NCBI RefSeq assembly: GCF_006345805.1
Contig: NC_043001.1
Location: 19,530,001-19,594,000 of the forward strand
Direction: 5' to 3'
DNA: 64,000 bases
Source: Octopus sinensis
Taxonomy: Eukaryota
Positions 10,802 to 23,467 of this stretch are shown one piece after another. The position numbers and the translations under genes were made by a program. Each line of letters opens with the position of its first letter. Position 1 is the first letter of the stretch. Below the pieces are notes generated by a model, which did not search any database, was not told the DNA's origin, and saw nothing but the letters and a program-made list of their open reading frames with translations.

Positions 10802-11761
10802 TCATTGAGATTTGGGTGTTTTTTCCATTTGTCCAGGGATCACGTAAGGGCGTCCTTGTTTGATCGCATCAGAAGCTGAATTTGTACTCGGTTGACATCT
10901 CCTTCTCACTAATTTTTTCAATTCTTCTCTGAACAACCGACCGCTCAACATGTACAAAACAAAATGAAATGCATTGTCGAAATTTGAAAGTATCGCCATC
11001 ATGTTTTTGACTGTCAAATCTTTGGCTACTTCCGTTTCAAATAAAGGAAATACGACAGAAGGTGGAAGTGAACAAATCAGATACATTATATTTATGGCCA
11101 ACACCAAGAAAATATTGTTGTTATTTTTCAGGGTTGACCATGATTTTGGACGGCGGCACAGAGTAATAATTATAGCAACAGTAGATGTAATCAAAATAAG
11201 AGATGGTAAATAGCTGTAAAAAACACTGTTCACTACAATAAATAATATTCCGGCATCGTAAATACATGATCCATGTCTGAAGTGAAAATATCTACTATTA
11301 ATGATGTTGACAATTAAGAGAATAATAGCAATTGAAATAAGAGTAACAACTTGCGATTTCCAACCAAACTTTTTCATTCGGGCTGAGAACGGTCGTGATA
11401 TAGCAAACATTCTGTGGGCGGAAATTGCAACGGTAATCCAAGAGCTGAACTGACGTGTGAAGTAAATTAAAAATTGACCATATTTGCACATTATTTCTCT
11501 TAATAGTGATCCATCCAGAAACATTTTAGACAGCATTTGGTGCGAAAATAATCCCACAATAATCAAGTCGTTTAAGCAGAACACAATCAGAAAGATTCCG
11601 ATATTTATGCTTCTTAGTCTTCTTCTGCAAAGCACTACCAACGATACCGTGTTGCCAAAAATGCCAATAACAAGCATAACTATGGCACTGATAACCATCA
11701 CAGGGTGTTTTGATACCTTCTTATCTAGTGAAGAAACGTCAGAAGCATTGAAATTATCCAT
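10802..11761 (-). CDS. Intronless class A (rhodopsin-like) GPCR, 319 aa, paralog 1
   Basis: Seven hydrophobic segments; TM1 GN, TM2 LNDL, C3.25 (IMCKY), SSWITVAISAHRMFAISRP, ECL2 Cys (HGSCIY), TM5 YLP, TM6 ICSLP, TM7 NAFHFVLY, helix 8 FREELKK; N-terminal NAS sequon; ATG start and intact frame. Confidence 0.95.
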   Translation of the reverse strand: MDNFNASDVSSLDKKVSKHPVMVISAIVMLVIGIFGNTVSLVVLCRRRLRSINIGIFLIVFCLNDLIIVGLFSHQMLSKMFLDGSLLREIMCKYGQFLIYFTRQFSSWITVAISAHRMFAISRPFSARMKKFGWKSQVVTLISIAIILLIVNIINSRYFHFRHGSCIYDAGILFIVVNSVFYSYLPSLILITSTVAIIITLCRRPKSWSTLKNNNNIFLVLAINIMYLICSLPPSVVFPLFETEVAKDLTVKNMMAILSNFDNAFHFVLYMLSGRLFREELKKLVRRRCQPSTNSASDAIKQGRPYVIPGQMEKTPKSQ

Positions 11762-11984
11762 CTTTCACTGTTCGTGTCCGGGTCTGTCACTAAATATTAC
11801 TTTGTCGATATTTATATACCAAGAAACCGAAATTACTGAATTAAGAGCATCAGTCCATCTCGTGTGTGTGTGTGCATTTATATGTAAATATGTATACACA
11901 CAAACGCACACGCACGTATATACATGTATATAAAATTATATATATGTACAAAGATATGATATATATAAGTATACGTATGTCTAT

Positions 11985-12031
<47 letters not shown>

Positions 12032-12090
12032 CACCCACACATTTACAGATATATATATATGACCATATAGTCACACATACATACATGAAT

Positions 12091-12203
<113 letters not shown>

Positions 12204-12260
12204 ATAATAAACGTGTGTGTGTTGTAAACAAATACGTATTTGAATGACTTACGTGTATAC

Positions 12261-12360
<100 letters not shown>

Positions 12361-12669
12361 GCATACACGTATGTGTGTGGGTGGAGTGTTTAAATACACA
12401 AAACTTCAAAAGGTGAAATGTTAGATTACTTCAACCCTATGGTCTGTAAAATATTATCGGATTATCTATTCCTGTTTAATAATGATGTTGAAGAAACATC
12501 AAGACTGTTTCTCAGTAAGACATAAGTAGCATTAATGGTTTCCTTGGTGCCGCTAAATCCTTCCTTTCTTCGAACGAACATTCTATTATTTAGATCTTGA
12601 ATACGACTAATTATCAAATACATCTACGTTTGCATTTGTGCAATAGACATTATTCTACATTTAAATAAG

Positions 12670-12837
12670 AGTGGGTGTGTGGTAAGTAGCTTGCTTACCA
12701 ACCACATGGTTCCGGGTTCAGTCCCACTACATGGCACTTTGGGCAAGTGTCTTCTACTATAGCCTCAGGTCGACCAAAGCCTTGTGAGTGGATTTGGTAG
12801 GCGGAAACTGAAAGAAGCCTGTCGTATATATGTATAT

Positions 12838-12889
<52 letters not shown>

Positions 12890-13117
12890 ATATATGTATT
12901 TGTGTTGCATATGTTTGTGTGTCTGTGTTTGTCCCCCCAACATCACTTGACAACCGATGCTGGTGTGTTTATGTCCCCGTAACTTAGCGGTTCGGCAAAA
13001 GAGACCGATAGATTAAGTACTAGGCTTACAAAGAATAAGTCCTGGGGTCGATGTGCTCGACTAAAGGCGGTGCTCCAGCATGGCCACAGTCAAAGGACTG
13101 AAACAAGTAAAAGAGTA
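12670..13117 (+). mobile_element. tRNA-derived SINE, family C (GGAGTGGCTGTGTGGTAAGTAGCTTG head, internal TA/TG microsatellite)
   Basis: Matches the copies at 21508, 42561, 53601 and 54784; ends GAAACAAGTAAAAGAGTA. Confidence 0.85.
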
Positions 13118-13162
13118 TCCGATGATGCTTTAATAATAATAACAATAATACTAATAATAATG

Positions 13163-13239
<77 letters not shown>

Positions 13240-13283
13240 TGATAATGATGATGATGATGATGATGATGATAATAATAATAATA

Positions 13284-13336
<53 letters not shown>

Positions 13337-13338
<2 letters not shown>

Positions 13339-14043
13339 ATTGAAACTATAGACTACCTAATCTCAGGGTGTAGAGTCTTAGCACTTGAGCAAGACATGAC
13401 AGGGTCGGCCAGTATTTACACTGGACAATATGTCGGCATTATAAAATCAAAACCGCTGACAAATGGTATAAACACCATCCTGAAGCTGTGACTGAGGGAG
13501 AAAATGTGTCGATTTACTGGGACTTCCCCGTACATACCGACAAAACTATAAAAGCTAATAAACCGGATATTATTATAAAAGATCAAACAAAACCGGTGTG
13601 TTTATTAATTGACTTGAGTATTCCTTGCGATCACAATATAGCAGCGAAAGAATTTGACAAGATTAGTAAATATAAAGACTTGCTAATAGAAATTGAAAAA
13701 ATGTGGCATCTCAAGGCGACTACAGTACCAATGATTGTAGGAATGATAAAAAAAGATACCGAAACCTATTTGAAAATGATACCAGGCTTACCATCCCAAC
13801 AGGAAGTGCAAAAATCGTATTAACTGGAACTGCTCATGTACTGAGAAGAGCATTATCGCTGTGAAAACAACATCCATTCATGAATTTAGTTGTTTATTAA
13901 TTTTTTTTAAATACATATTTTACCTGTAAATTTGCGTGTGTAATCTGGGAATGCATACAATGAGCTTCTCTGCCCAAGGTGTACGGAAAACACTCGGTGA
14001 GAAACGGAAGAAAATTTGAAGAAAGAAGGAAAAACAAAAAATA

Positions 14044-14044
<1 letters not shown>
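13337..14044 (+). mobile_element. R4/Dong-clade non-LTR retrotransposon, 5'-truncated, within a (TAA)n array
   Basis: ETIDYLISGC (zinc-knuckle remnant)...IYWDFPVHTDKTIKANKPDIIIKD...LLIDLSIP...KISKYKDL (PD-(D/E)xK restriction-like endonuclease)...LTGTAHVLRRALSL*. (TAA)n on both sides (13130-13335 and 14045-14120). Confidence 0.85.
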
Positions 14045-14095
<51 letters not shown>

Positions 14096-14120
14096 TAATA
14101 ATAATAATAATAATAATAAT

Positions 14121-14600
14121 AACAGAACGATCCAGGCTAATCGACTAGACATAATTATCAAAGACAGGGAAGAAAATACTTGTAGACTAATAGATGTAAG
14201 TGTTCCCACTGATAAAAATATATCTGTTAAGGAATTTGACAAATTAAGTAAATATGAGGACCGGGAAATTGAAACACAAAAGATATGGCATTTTAAAGCG
14301 AGAAGTGTTCTTGTTATTGTGGATGCCCTAGGTATGATGTCAGAAACGTCTGGATAAGATCCCAGGAGAACCATGTCTCAGAGAAATCCAAAGGATTGTG
14401 CTAACAAGTACTGCCCTTATCCTTTGAAAAACCCTATCCATTTAAATGTCTGTGTTGTATTACATGAAGATATTTCGCTGCTACCCCCTACCACTCCTCT
14501 TCCCCAAGCCTTCTAACATACTGTAACATCTCTTATCCTTCACTCACCTCAGGATGCTGGGTGTGTCTCGGCAAGTGATTGTAACAAACACGCAGATTAA
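14121..14600 (+). mobile_element. Second R4/Dong fragment (different subfamily) within (TAA)n
   Basis: Manual translation NRTIQANRLDIIIKDREENTCRLIDVSVPTDKNISVKEFDKLSKYED...IVLTSTALIL; flanked by (TAA)n on both sides. Confidence 0.8.
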
Positions 14601-14615
14601 AAGTAAATAATAATG

Positions 14616-14686
<71 letters not shown>

Positions 14687-14687
<1 letters not shown>

Positions 14688-15260
14688 CTTACTATAATGG
14701 GCATTATGTCCGTCTGTCCGTCTGTCCGTCTGTCCATCTGTTTGTCCTCTTTTCATGGTCAAACGGCTGGGCCAATAGTCACGATGTTTTTCGGGATTTC
14801 GGGGGAGGTAATCGGGAAGGCTTTTACCGAAAAATATGTATAAAAAAAAAAGTATGATTATTTAGTGGATATTGAGTTTTGTATTAATAAATCACCTTTG
14901 ATTTTTTTTTTTTTTTTTGTTAAAATTCAAGCGACGAGGATTAACTCTGGAATTCCACACCCGTATTATAGTTCGTGAATTTAGAGGGTTCAGATTTGTA
15001 ATACCATCCCTTTATTTCCCATTGTGGATGAGCAGATTTGCTATCTTTACTGTAATGGGCGTTATGTCCGTCTGTCTGTTCGTCTGTCCATCTCTTCATC
15101 TGTTTCCTGTCCACGGCCAGATGATTGGACCAATGGTTACGATATTTTTCGGGATTACAAAGACGGTCGTCAGGAAAGTTTTTAGCTTTAAAAAATCAGA
15201 AAGTATGATTATTTCGTGGGTATCGATTTTTAAATTGATAAACCACCTTCGCATTTTTAT
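14687..15260 (+). repeat. Two related ~220-bp segments, possibly Helitron 5' ends
   Basis: A|TCTTACTATAATGGGCATTATGTCCGTCTGTC at 14687 and A|TCTTTACTGTAATGGGCGTTATGTCCGTCTG at 15044. No matching 3' end found. Confidence 0.45.
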
Positions 15261-15267
15261 AAAAAAA

Positions 15268-15665
15268 CTAGCAGTATCGCCCGGCGTTGCTCGGGTTTGT
15301 AAGGGAAATAACTATATAAGCATTTTTAGAGATGTAAAGTATAATAGCCATCTCAATATGGCTAACCACAAAGGGGGGGGGGGTTACTGTAGCTTTTTAC
15401 GTTCTGAGATTAAATAATAAATTTTTAGAGAGCTTTTCCCTTATATAAACCGAGCGAAAATGCATTAAAAATACGGAAAAATTATGGTAAATTTTTTTTT
15501 AAATCGTAGACTCATCGTAGACGCGCGTTAATACCCAGAAGGGCTCGATATGAATCACGACTATAAGATACCCGGTTTTGGTTAAACTGCACCGCAAAAT
15601 GTGGGAGTAGTTAGGAATCTAAATCGTAGGAGACAGACACACAACCTTACTTTTATATATAAAGA
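15268..15665 (-). mobile_element. Non-autonomous Helitron
   Basis: Minus strand begins A|TCTTTATATATAAAAG and ends CCCGAGCAACGCCGGGCGATACTGCTAG|T; homologous to 37040-37418 and 26126-26418. Confidence 0.85.
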
Positions 15666-16439
15666 TTTACCGACCATCGTATAGTTCGTGACACCATCAT
15701 AAATACGAAGGGGGTCACGGGGACGTTTAATAGTGAAAATAAAATGGAAAAAGTGTGTGTCAGTATATAGTGTGTGTGATTATTTAGTGGTTATTGAAAT
15801 GTGTCAGTCTCGAGCAGGATTCGGAACGGCTAATCGAAGCGGCTGTTGTTTACATCTCAGTTTTGCCAATCAAAATAACCCATGGTACCAGAACATCCAG
15901 ACATTATTCGCATAGACCAGTGAGAGGGAAGCCTAAGTCTGATTTTTTGCAACCCTTAAAATTCCGGTCGCGCATTCACGGCAAACAAGGCATAGAGCCA
16001 GACTTCAGACCGTGTAGGTGTATTTTTACCCACTCCGATGTTTACACACGGTCAGCTATACATCGCTGTGAGTGGCGCAACCGACTTCAGTAATTTGAAA
16101 ATTAGTGTCGACCAAACAGAAAATATCGTCTACAAAGAAGTTTTGTAATCATATTGATGTTATCGAAAGGAATATGATTCATAATTTAAATAAGGAAATT
16201 TGTGGACTTTGAATGTATAAGAGTATAAACAAGCGTAAAATAATGTAAACAACTAAAATAAAAGTATATCTAAATAACATTGTTTTCTTAATACTTCTTA
16301 TGTAGAGGCCGAAGGAAACTCTGGCTTTCATTAGGAGTGGTCCACATAACCCATTCATGATAGAGAGGCTGGGAGCCTATTTCAGTTTGGGAGTGAATCG
16401 GCATCACATGTCACACCCCGGCTGTTGTTTTCAAGAGAA

Positions 16440-17301
16440 GGACTTCCCCGACAGTGAAGTTTCCGAAGGGCAAGTTGGTGTACGTTCATGAGAAAGAGCG
16501 GGTGGATGAAACCGTATTGACGAACTGGCTCAAGTGCCCAGGGGCTTTGCTTAATTCAAAGTCGCTTTTTGTATGGGATATGTTCAGGGCTCATCTGATC
16601 GACAGAATAAAAAATAGATTAAAAGAGGGTCGTACCTACCAAGATGTGATTCCAGGTGGATGTACATCTGTGCTTCAGCCATTCGACGTGTCGGTGAACA
16701 AACCCTTTAAGGTGAACATAGGTGCCAAGTGGAATGAATGGATGATTAATGGTGACAAGGAAATGACAACGGCTGGAAACTTAAAACGCCCTGACCTCAA
16801 GATTGTTTGCCAGCGGGCGATAGATTCATGGGCTGAAATACCGAGTGAACTTGTAGTGAAATCATTTTTGAAGTGCGGGATCTCAAATTCCATGGATGGT
16901 ACGTAAGACGATAGACTGTATAATGACTTCGTCTGTGCCAGAAATTTTAGCCCCAGTGCTTCATCAGTTAATGAAGATTAGACAAGTGAAGGTGCAGATC
17001 TGGGTGCATCCGACGAGACCATCACAACCGAGAAGTTTTACCAGTTATTTGGTGAAAGTGGTGACGAAAATGTTGATTAGTATAACTCGATTTTTCCTTT
17101 ATTTAATCTTCCGATTTTTGTCACAATATTTTATACACTTCCTTACAATTTAAAACAGTTTATTGTATTTTTTTTTCCAACCATAGCACGGAAAAGTCGC
17201 TGTGACTTATAGTCGGGTCAATGATAAAATTCCCGATTTGAACCTTGTAATTCGGGGGAGCGTCTTATAGACGAGGGCGTTTTATAGACGAGTATATACG
17301 G
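16440..17301 (+). mobile_element. pogo-superfamily DNA transposon remnant (DDE_1 transposase 3' part plus right TIR)
   Basis: SLFVWDMFRAH...VIPGGCTSVLQPFDVSVNKPFK...W.EIPSELVVKSFLKCGISNSMDGT. Right end TTATAGACGAGTATATACGG at 17282-17301 is typical of POGK-like pogo TIRs. Left TIR not found. Confidence 0.8.
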
Positions 17302-17609
17302 CACTCTCGCATAAGATGCCCTCTTATTTTACAAGTATATTTGACGGGGGATAGATCAAATTTCGTATGTTTCATCACACGCCTATTGAAAGATATTTTA
17401 AAGTAGTTTTGTAGGGAAAATGCAATATTTTGTGAACATATACAAAATACTGTAACAGTATTCTGGAATATAGTAGGAAACCGTGAATGCATCACGAGTA
17501 TCGTAGTTCAATCTTATCTTTATTCAGATCATTTGTGTAATTGTTTATATTTTGGCCAAAAAACTGCCATACAAAATCTAAAACACGTTTATTATTATCA
17601 TTATTATTA

Positions 17610-17654
<45 letters not shown>

Positions 17655-17721
17655 TATTATTATTATTATTATTATATTATTATTATTATTATTATTATTA
17701 TCATTATTATTATTATTATTA

Positions 17722-17770
<49 letters not shown>

Positions 17771-17771
<1 letters not shown>

Positions 17772-18145
17772 TATGTTTGACTTTTGCTTTACATTTGTAC
17801 AAGTTGGCTCCAAGTCTCACCCAGAGACCTCAAGAGACAACAGGTTGGAAGTTCATGTTGTTGTTATGCCTTGTGTGCCATATATTTGGTTTTGTATTTA
17901 GTGTTGTACTAGTGAATGTCTAAAAAAAAAACCATACGAAAATTATGTTTGTTTTAAAACTTGAGATTACATAGAAAGTATTTTGCGTATGATATGAGCA
18001 GTTCCCATGAGCACTATCTTTTGAATTTCTCCCATTTTGGGGTTTCCTGGTATCTGAGTTAGGTAGCAATCAGCCCCTTTCGCTATCATTCTCAGGGCAT
18101 CTATTACAACAGGTATTGTTTTAGTCTTCAGGTTCCACATTTCCT
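17771..18145 (-). mobile_element. Third R4/Dong fragment within (TTA)n
   Basis: Minus-strand translation EMWNLKTKTIPVVIDALRMIAKGADCYLTQIPGNPKMGEIQKIVLMGTAHIIRKILSM*; (TTA)n at ~17590-17770 and ~18146-18220. Confidence 0.8.
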
Positions 18146-18425
18146 ATTATTATCATTATTATTATTATAATTATTATTATTATTATTATTATATTATTAT
18201 TATATTATTATTATTATTATGCTTTGAGTTACTGCGATTGGCCTCCATGGTAGCAGACCATCACTATGGTTTTATTGTCATCCAGTGAACGCAAATAGCT
18301 TTCTTGGAGAATTTTTTTTTTATTTACATAGTTAAAAAATGTTTTCTTAAAGGTAAAGCAGCCATTAAATAATGTAATAAGGTCTAAGATATGTATAATG
18401 AGATAATGCAACTTCTTCACATAAC

Positions 18426-18477
18426 TGCCAACGTTCTGTGCCAACGTTCTGTGCCAACGTTCTGTGCCAACGTACTG
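18426..18477. repeat. 13-bp minisatellite, 4 copies (TGCCAACGTTCTG)
   Basis: Direct reading. Confidence 0.9.
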
Positions 18478-18733
18478 TTGGCGATTAGTCTTAAATTTGT
18501 GTTAACAGTTTGTGGAATTTGGGTTTGTTTTCCATATTGTATTATCAGTAATAATAATTAAGTCTGGCGAATTTGTGTACATCCTGCTCCCTACAAAACT
18601 CGCTTTCCGTGCCTAAAAAGGCCGCATTATACGCAGAGCAATTTTTTGATACATTCAAAATTTAAAGGGCGCATATAAACCGGCGAATACAGTAGGTGTG
18701 TATATAAGTATGTAGACAGACAGACAGACAGAC

Positions 18734-18881
<148 letters not shown>

Positions 18882-19695
18882 CGGGATGTTAATATAATTT
18901 CAATTGCTGAAATATCGTTATAAACTAAGCGTGTACGAAACGATAGCATCATATCGTTCTCTCGTTACACAAATGTGTATAGAAAGGTAAGTGTTCAGAA
19001 ATGATGGCAATATTGTTCATGTCCAAGTGTTCCGTATTATCAATTTACGTGAGAAGTGAATAAAATCCGCTCTTTGTCCTTTAAGAGAGAAAAACAAACA
19101 GTTTTGTTGTTGTTTATGGTTTGTTTTTTTTACCGTATCGTATCGTTGTACTTATGTTGCTTCTTTGTGTTTTTGAGTTCGAATCCTGCTAAAATTGGCT
19201 TTGCTTTTCATCCTTCCGTGGTCGATAATTCAGTTCAGTATTCAAATTGATATAATCGATTGTTCTCTTCTCCAAAGATGTCTGGTGCTTATGTAAGAAA
19301 TCGATATTTCTTTTGACAATTCTTCCAAAATATTGTGTTTGGGGGGGTTGGGGGGTTGTTGTTGTTTTTTTTTTTTGGGGGGGGGGTATGTGTTTTTTTT
19401 TTGCTTCATTTATTTCTGGTTGTCTCAACGATTTCAAAATATATTAGAAAGGTTAAATATTTTCAACTGCTAAGTCTCACAATTTGGTGAATTCATATTT
19501 TTATTTCAAAATCATGAACACAAAAATGTTTTTACATAAACTTTTTAATAAACCTATTAAGAAATTTTTTCCAGATAAAATTAATTAAAATATGTAACTG
19601 ATTTTTCAAACTTATTAAATGTAATTTTATCTCCTTGCAGTAAGTGATCCAAAAAGATAAAAGTTAAATTAGTTGTCTTGGAATTGAAATAAATT

Positions 19696-20562
19696 TCATG
19701 CGTTGATATTAACTGCAAAAATATTTATTTTATCTTTTCTTTTTAGTAAAAGTTTCATTTCTTCTCTGAATAAACGACCGCCCACCATGTACAGAACGAA
19801 ATTAAATGCGTTGTTAAAGCCAGATATTACAATATAAATATTTTGTGAATTTTCATTCTTTATTTCACTGGCGAAGGAAAAAATGATTGAAGGCGGAAGA
19901 GTACAAATTAGAAACATTATATTAATTGCCAACACCAAATAAACCGTGTTATATTGGGGTGAAGTGTCTCTAGAAATGGGACGGTGGTACATAGTGTTGA
20001 TGATGATAATGTTACATATGACCAATATTATGGCTGGTAAAAAACTATAGATCATACTATTAAGTAAGAGGTTTATCACATTGTTCGAATTAATATATAT
20101 CTCGCTTTTCATGAAGATAACGATGTTATAAACAATGCTAATGATTATTAGAACACCAGCCATTATAACGAGACTGATGATTTGAGGTTTATAACCCTGA
20201 GGAAGCATCCTGAGAACTGAAAATGGTCGGGACAAAGCAAACATCCTGTGGACTGTAATCAAAACTGTAATCCATGAAGAGAACGCCCGGGAAAAGTTAG
20301 CAATGATCCAAATGATTATGTTTAAGTTTTTGCTTAAACTTTCTCTTCTTAGGTTGAATATTCCAAGAATTATGTCGAGGAGTGTGGTATGAAGTACGAT
20401 TAAATCACTGAAGCAGAGTACAATTAAATAGAGTCCAATATTCATACTTCTTAGTTTTTTTCTACAAAGCACTACCAGAGAAAAAACGTTGCCAAGTGTA
20501 CCGACGACAATCATAATTACTGCAATAACGATTGAAACTTGATTTAGCCGAGAACTATCCAT
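19696..20562 (-). CDS. Intronless class A GPCR, 288 aa from the first ATG, paralog 2
   Basis: 7TM with GN, FSDL, SSWITVLITVHRMFALSRP, SFLP, ICTLP, NAFNFVLY, FREEM. The ORF-track start at 20625 is TTG; the first ATG is at 20562 (MDSSRLNQ), preceded by a possible acceptor AG. No Cys at 3.25 or in ECL2. Confidence 0.93.
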   Translation of the reverse strand: MDSSRLNQVSIVIAVIMIVVGTLGNVFSLVVLCRKKLRSMNIGLYLIVLCFSDLIVLHTTLLDIILGIFNLRRESLSKNLNIIIWIIANFSRAFSSWITVLITVHRMFALSRPFSVLRMLPQGYKPQIISLVIMAGVLIIISIVYNIVIFMKSEIYINSNNVINLLLNSMIYSFLPAIILVICNIIIINTMYHRPISRDTSPQYNTVYLVLAINIMFLICTLPPSIIFSFASEIKNENSQNIYIVISGFNNAFNFVLYMVGGRLFREEMKLLLKRKDKINIFAVNINA

Positions 20563-21507
20563 AACTATCAGATGTAATGAACAGAGTTGCTCTTTTCTGC
20601 TCAGTTTTTGTGGTAACGCTTTCAATTTATCCGTTTGATTGCAGAAATTTTACTTCGTTTGTTGGTATTTATACGGAAGTGCAATGAAAATATGAAAACA
20701 ATTATAGTCTGGAAAAATTAATTAAAACTCGTTATGATACTATTAGCAATCATATATTATACAGCACAAAATACATCCTAATACATAAGTAGTTTCAGGA
20801 AAACTTTTTGTAAGAGATCAGAAGATATACATGGAGAGGTATCTTCATTTACTGGTTCTTTACTAGGTCTTCATTTTTACCTCGTTTTTTTCCTTCTTAA
20901 GGATAATTAGAATTATGCGTATACCAATTCATTAATATCTTCAAAGGAACAGGCAGTATTTTTTCTTTCTAATTTCTTTTTAATACTCTCAGTTTTTTTC
21001 CTTATTGAATGGGACATCTGCTCGTCTAATCGATGACAATTCGTATTAAAAATCTTTTTCTTTCCATGATACAATCATAAAGAACTGTTGCAGCATATAT
21101 TTGGTGACTTTATGGCATGGTCTTTGTTCCCTTTATAATGACTAAGTTATTAATTTCCCCTGCGTTATTAAGAGTCATTTTTTTTTTATCAATGTGTTCA
21201 AGGTACTAACATGCTATCTTAAAAATATCGTTTTGTCAGTGGCATGAGATTTGCTATATAGATATTATTTAGAGAGTATTTATGCATCTATGAGTGGAAT
21301 TAAAAAGTTAAATGGCGAAATACATGAAACTGAGAAAGTCCAATGACTGTTAAAAATAAAAGATAAAAAAAAACAAAAGACAGTGTCATCATCTGTAACG
21401 GATGAAAAAATGGAGTCACGTCCTTTCTCCAAGAATCTAAATTTAGCCAACTTCCATGCATAACCTATTGCCACAATAATAATAATAATGGGTATTTTTT
21501 TTTTTTT

Positions 21508-21896
21508 TACTTGTTTCAGTCATTTGACTGCGGCCATGCTGGAGCACCGCCTTTAATCGAGCAAATCGACCCCGGGACTTATTCTTTGTAAGCCCAGTAC
21601 TTATTCTATCGGTCTCTTTTGCCGAACCACTAAGTGACGGGGACGTAAGCATACCAGCATCGGTTGTCAAGCAATGCTAGGGGGACAAACACAGACACAC
21701 AGACACACACACACATATATATATACATATATACGACAGGCTTCTTTCGGTTTCCGTCTACCAAATCCACTCACAAGGCATTGATCGGCCCGGGGCTATA
21801 GCAGAAGACACTTGCCCAAGATGCCACGCAGTGGGACTGAACCCGGAACCATGTGGTTGGTTAGCAAGCTACTTACCACACAGCCACTCCTGCGCC
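21508..21896 (-). mobile_element. SINE family C
   Basis: Reverse complement matches 12670-13117. Confidence 0.85.
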
Positions 21897-22351
21897 TATA
21901 GGCCCTTATTTAAAGATCCATAAATGCTTTCCTCCCCTGTGCTTTCTTTAACACATTCTTGGTCAAGTGGACAGTTGACTTACACAACTAAGCAAGTTTT
22001 TCCTTTTGTATTCCTTTTATTTGGCTGTTTTATCTTCGTGCATGTATATGTCTATCTGTATATATGTATGCAAGCAGCTATGCATGTGTGTGTATATGTA
22101 TATTCCTAGCATTTTGTAGACATAACAATAACGTTTTCTACCCAATGGAAGTTTCAAAATATTAGAATGAAATATTTAGACAGCCAAAGCTCATCGTTAC
22201 AATGTAGAAAGTTAGCTAAGAATTAATTTAAAGTTGTGAATGGAACCAAATTTGCCAAATGCCAAAAATGTGTCGCCGTCAATTCCCGTTGCTTATTTAT
22301 AACTTTATTTGCTTGAGTTACACCGTTCCAGCATATATATGTATATATATA

Positions 22352-22406
<55 letters not shown>

Positions 22407-22409
22407 ATA

Positions 22410-22600
22410 TAGGGAGAGTTTACGAAAAAAACAAAAGACGAAAACAGGTGGTGTACAAAACAAACAGATGTATTAGTATAACGCTCAGGAATAGAAAAAG
22501 TCTTTAACGTTTCGAACCTACGCTCTTCTACAGAAAGGGACACAGAAAAAACAAGGAGAGAAAAAAATGTGTGTAGTGGCTAACGATCTATTATGGCGAC
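22410..22600 (-). mobile_element. Penelope-like pseudo-LTR fragment with a hammerhead-like core
   Basis: Near-identical to 62108-62292. Minus strand 22500-22541 reads GUCCCUUU CUGUAGA A GAGC GUAG GUUC GAAA C GUU AAAGAC. The Penelope assignment is inferred from this motif. Confidence 0.5.
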
Positions 22601-22865
22601 AAGCTCGGACAGAAGGGTCACACACGAGATGGAAAGTAGGGGAGATAACAAAGTAAAGATGACCCCCCCCAACACGAAGGTGCGTGTGTTTATAAGAGAG
22701 TATGTATGTGCGTATGTGTGTGTATATATAAAAACTTACTTGGAGAAAAGAAAAGAAACGAAACGACGCGAGGGCGCTCAGTCATACAATAATTTAATAA
22801 ATAAAATATATGCATACATACATACATATGTGTACGTACCTACATCTACATGTATATATACATGC

Positions 22866-22931
<66 letters not shown>

Positions 22932-23467
22932 TACAGGACACCACAAATAGACGTAGAACTCAACGAGAAACGAAAACATAAAAACATGGAAACGGACTTA
23001 TTTTAACAACGAAAAAACAGAGCACAAGACAAACAACACAAGGAACATTCCCCTTCATCAGCTGTCACCGGTTCGACTCCATGCGTGTTTCGAAGGCAAG
23101 GACAGAACACGACCCGTCGAATCGATCCTTCCTGCAAAGGAATTAAATAAAAAAATCCTTTGCAGAGGGGTAAAAACAAAGAAAGAAAAAATGTGACAAG
23201 AACAGGACGTTATTTTGTATTTGTATTTTTATTTGTATTTTTATTTGTATTGCTTTTACGTTTTCTTTACATCTCATTTGTTAAACTCTTTCTTCGAATA
23301 TAACACTTTTTATGCATATAGTTTCCCTGGGTAATTTTCTCAATGCTTTATATATTTTAAACAATGCTAATTTTTTACACCTATACGTGTACATTGTTAC
23401 ACATATACTTAAAGATCTTCTCAACACTAATTTGGATAGTACATGGGAGTTTGTGCTTTGTTGAAGT

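Noticed and set aside
16454-16906. Domesticated POGK/TIGD-like host gene
   Set aside because: The ORF starts at GTG, has internal deletions and a stop before the acidic tail, lacks the N-terminal half and is followed by a TIR.
20563-20625. 21-aa N-terminal extension of GPCR2 in the ORF track
   Set aside because: It begins at TTG, not ATG. The first ATG is at 20562, and an upstream exon cannot be shown from sequence.
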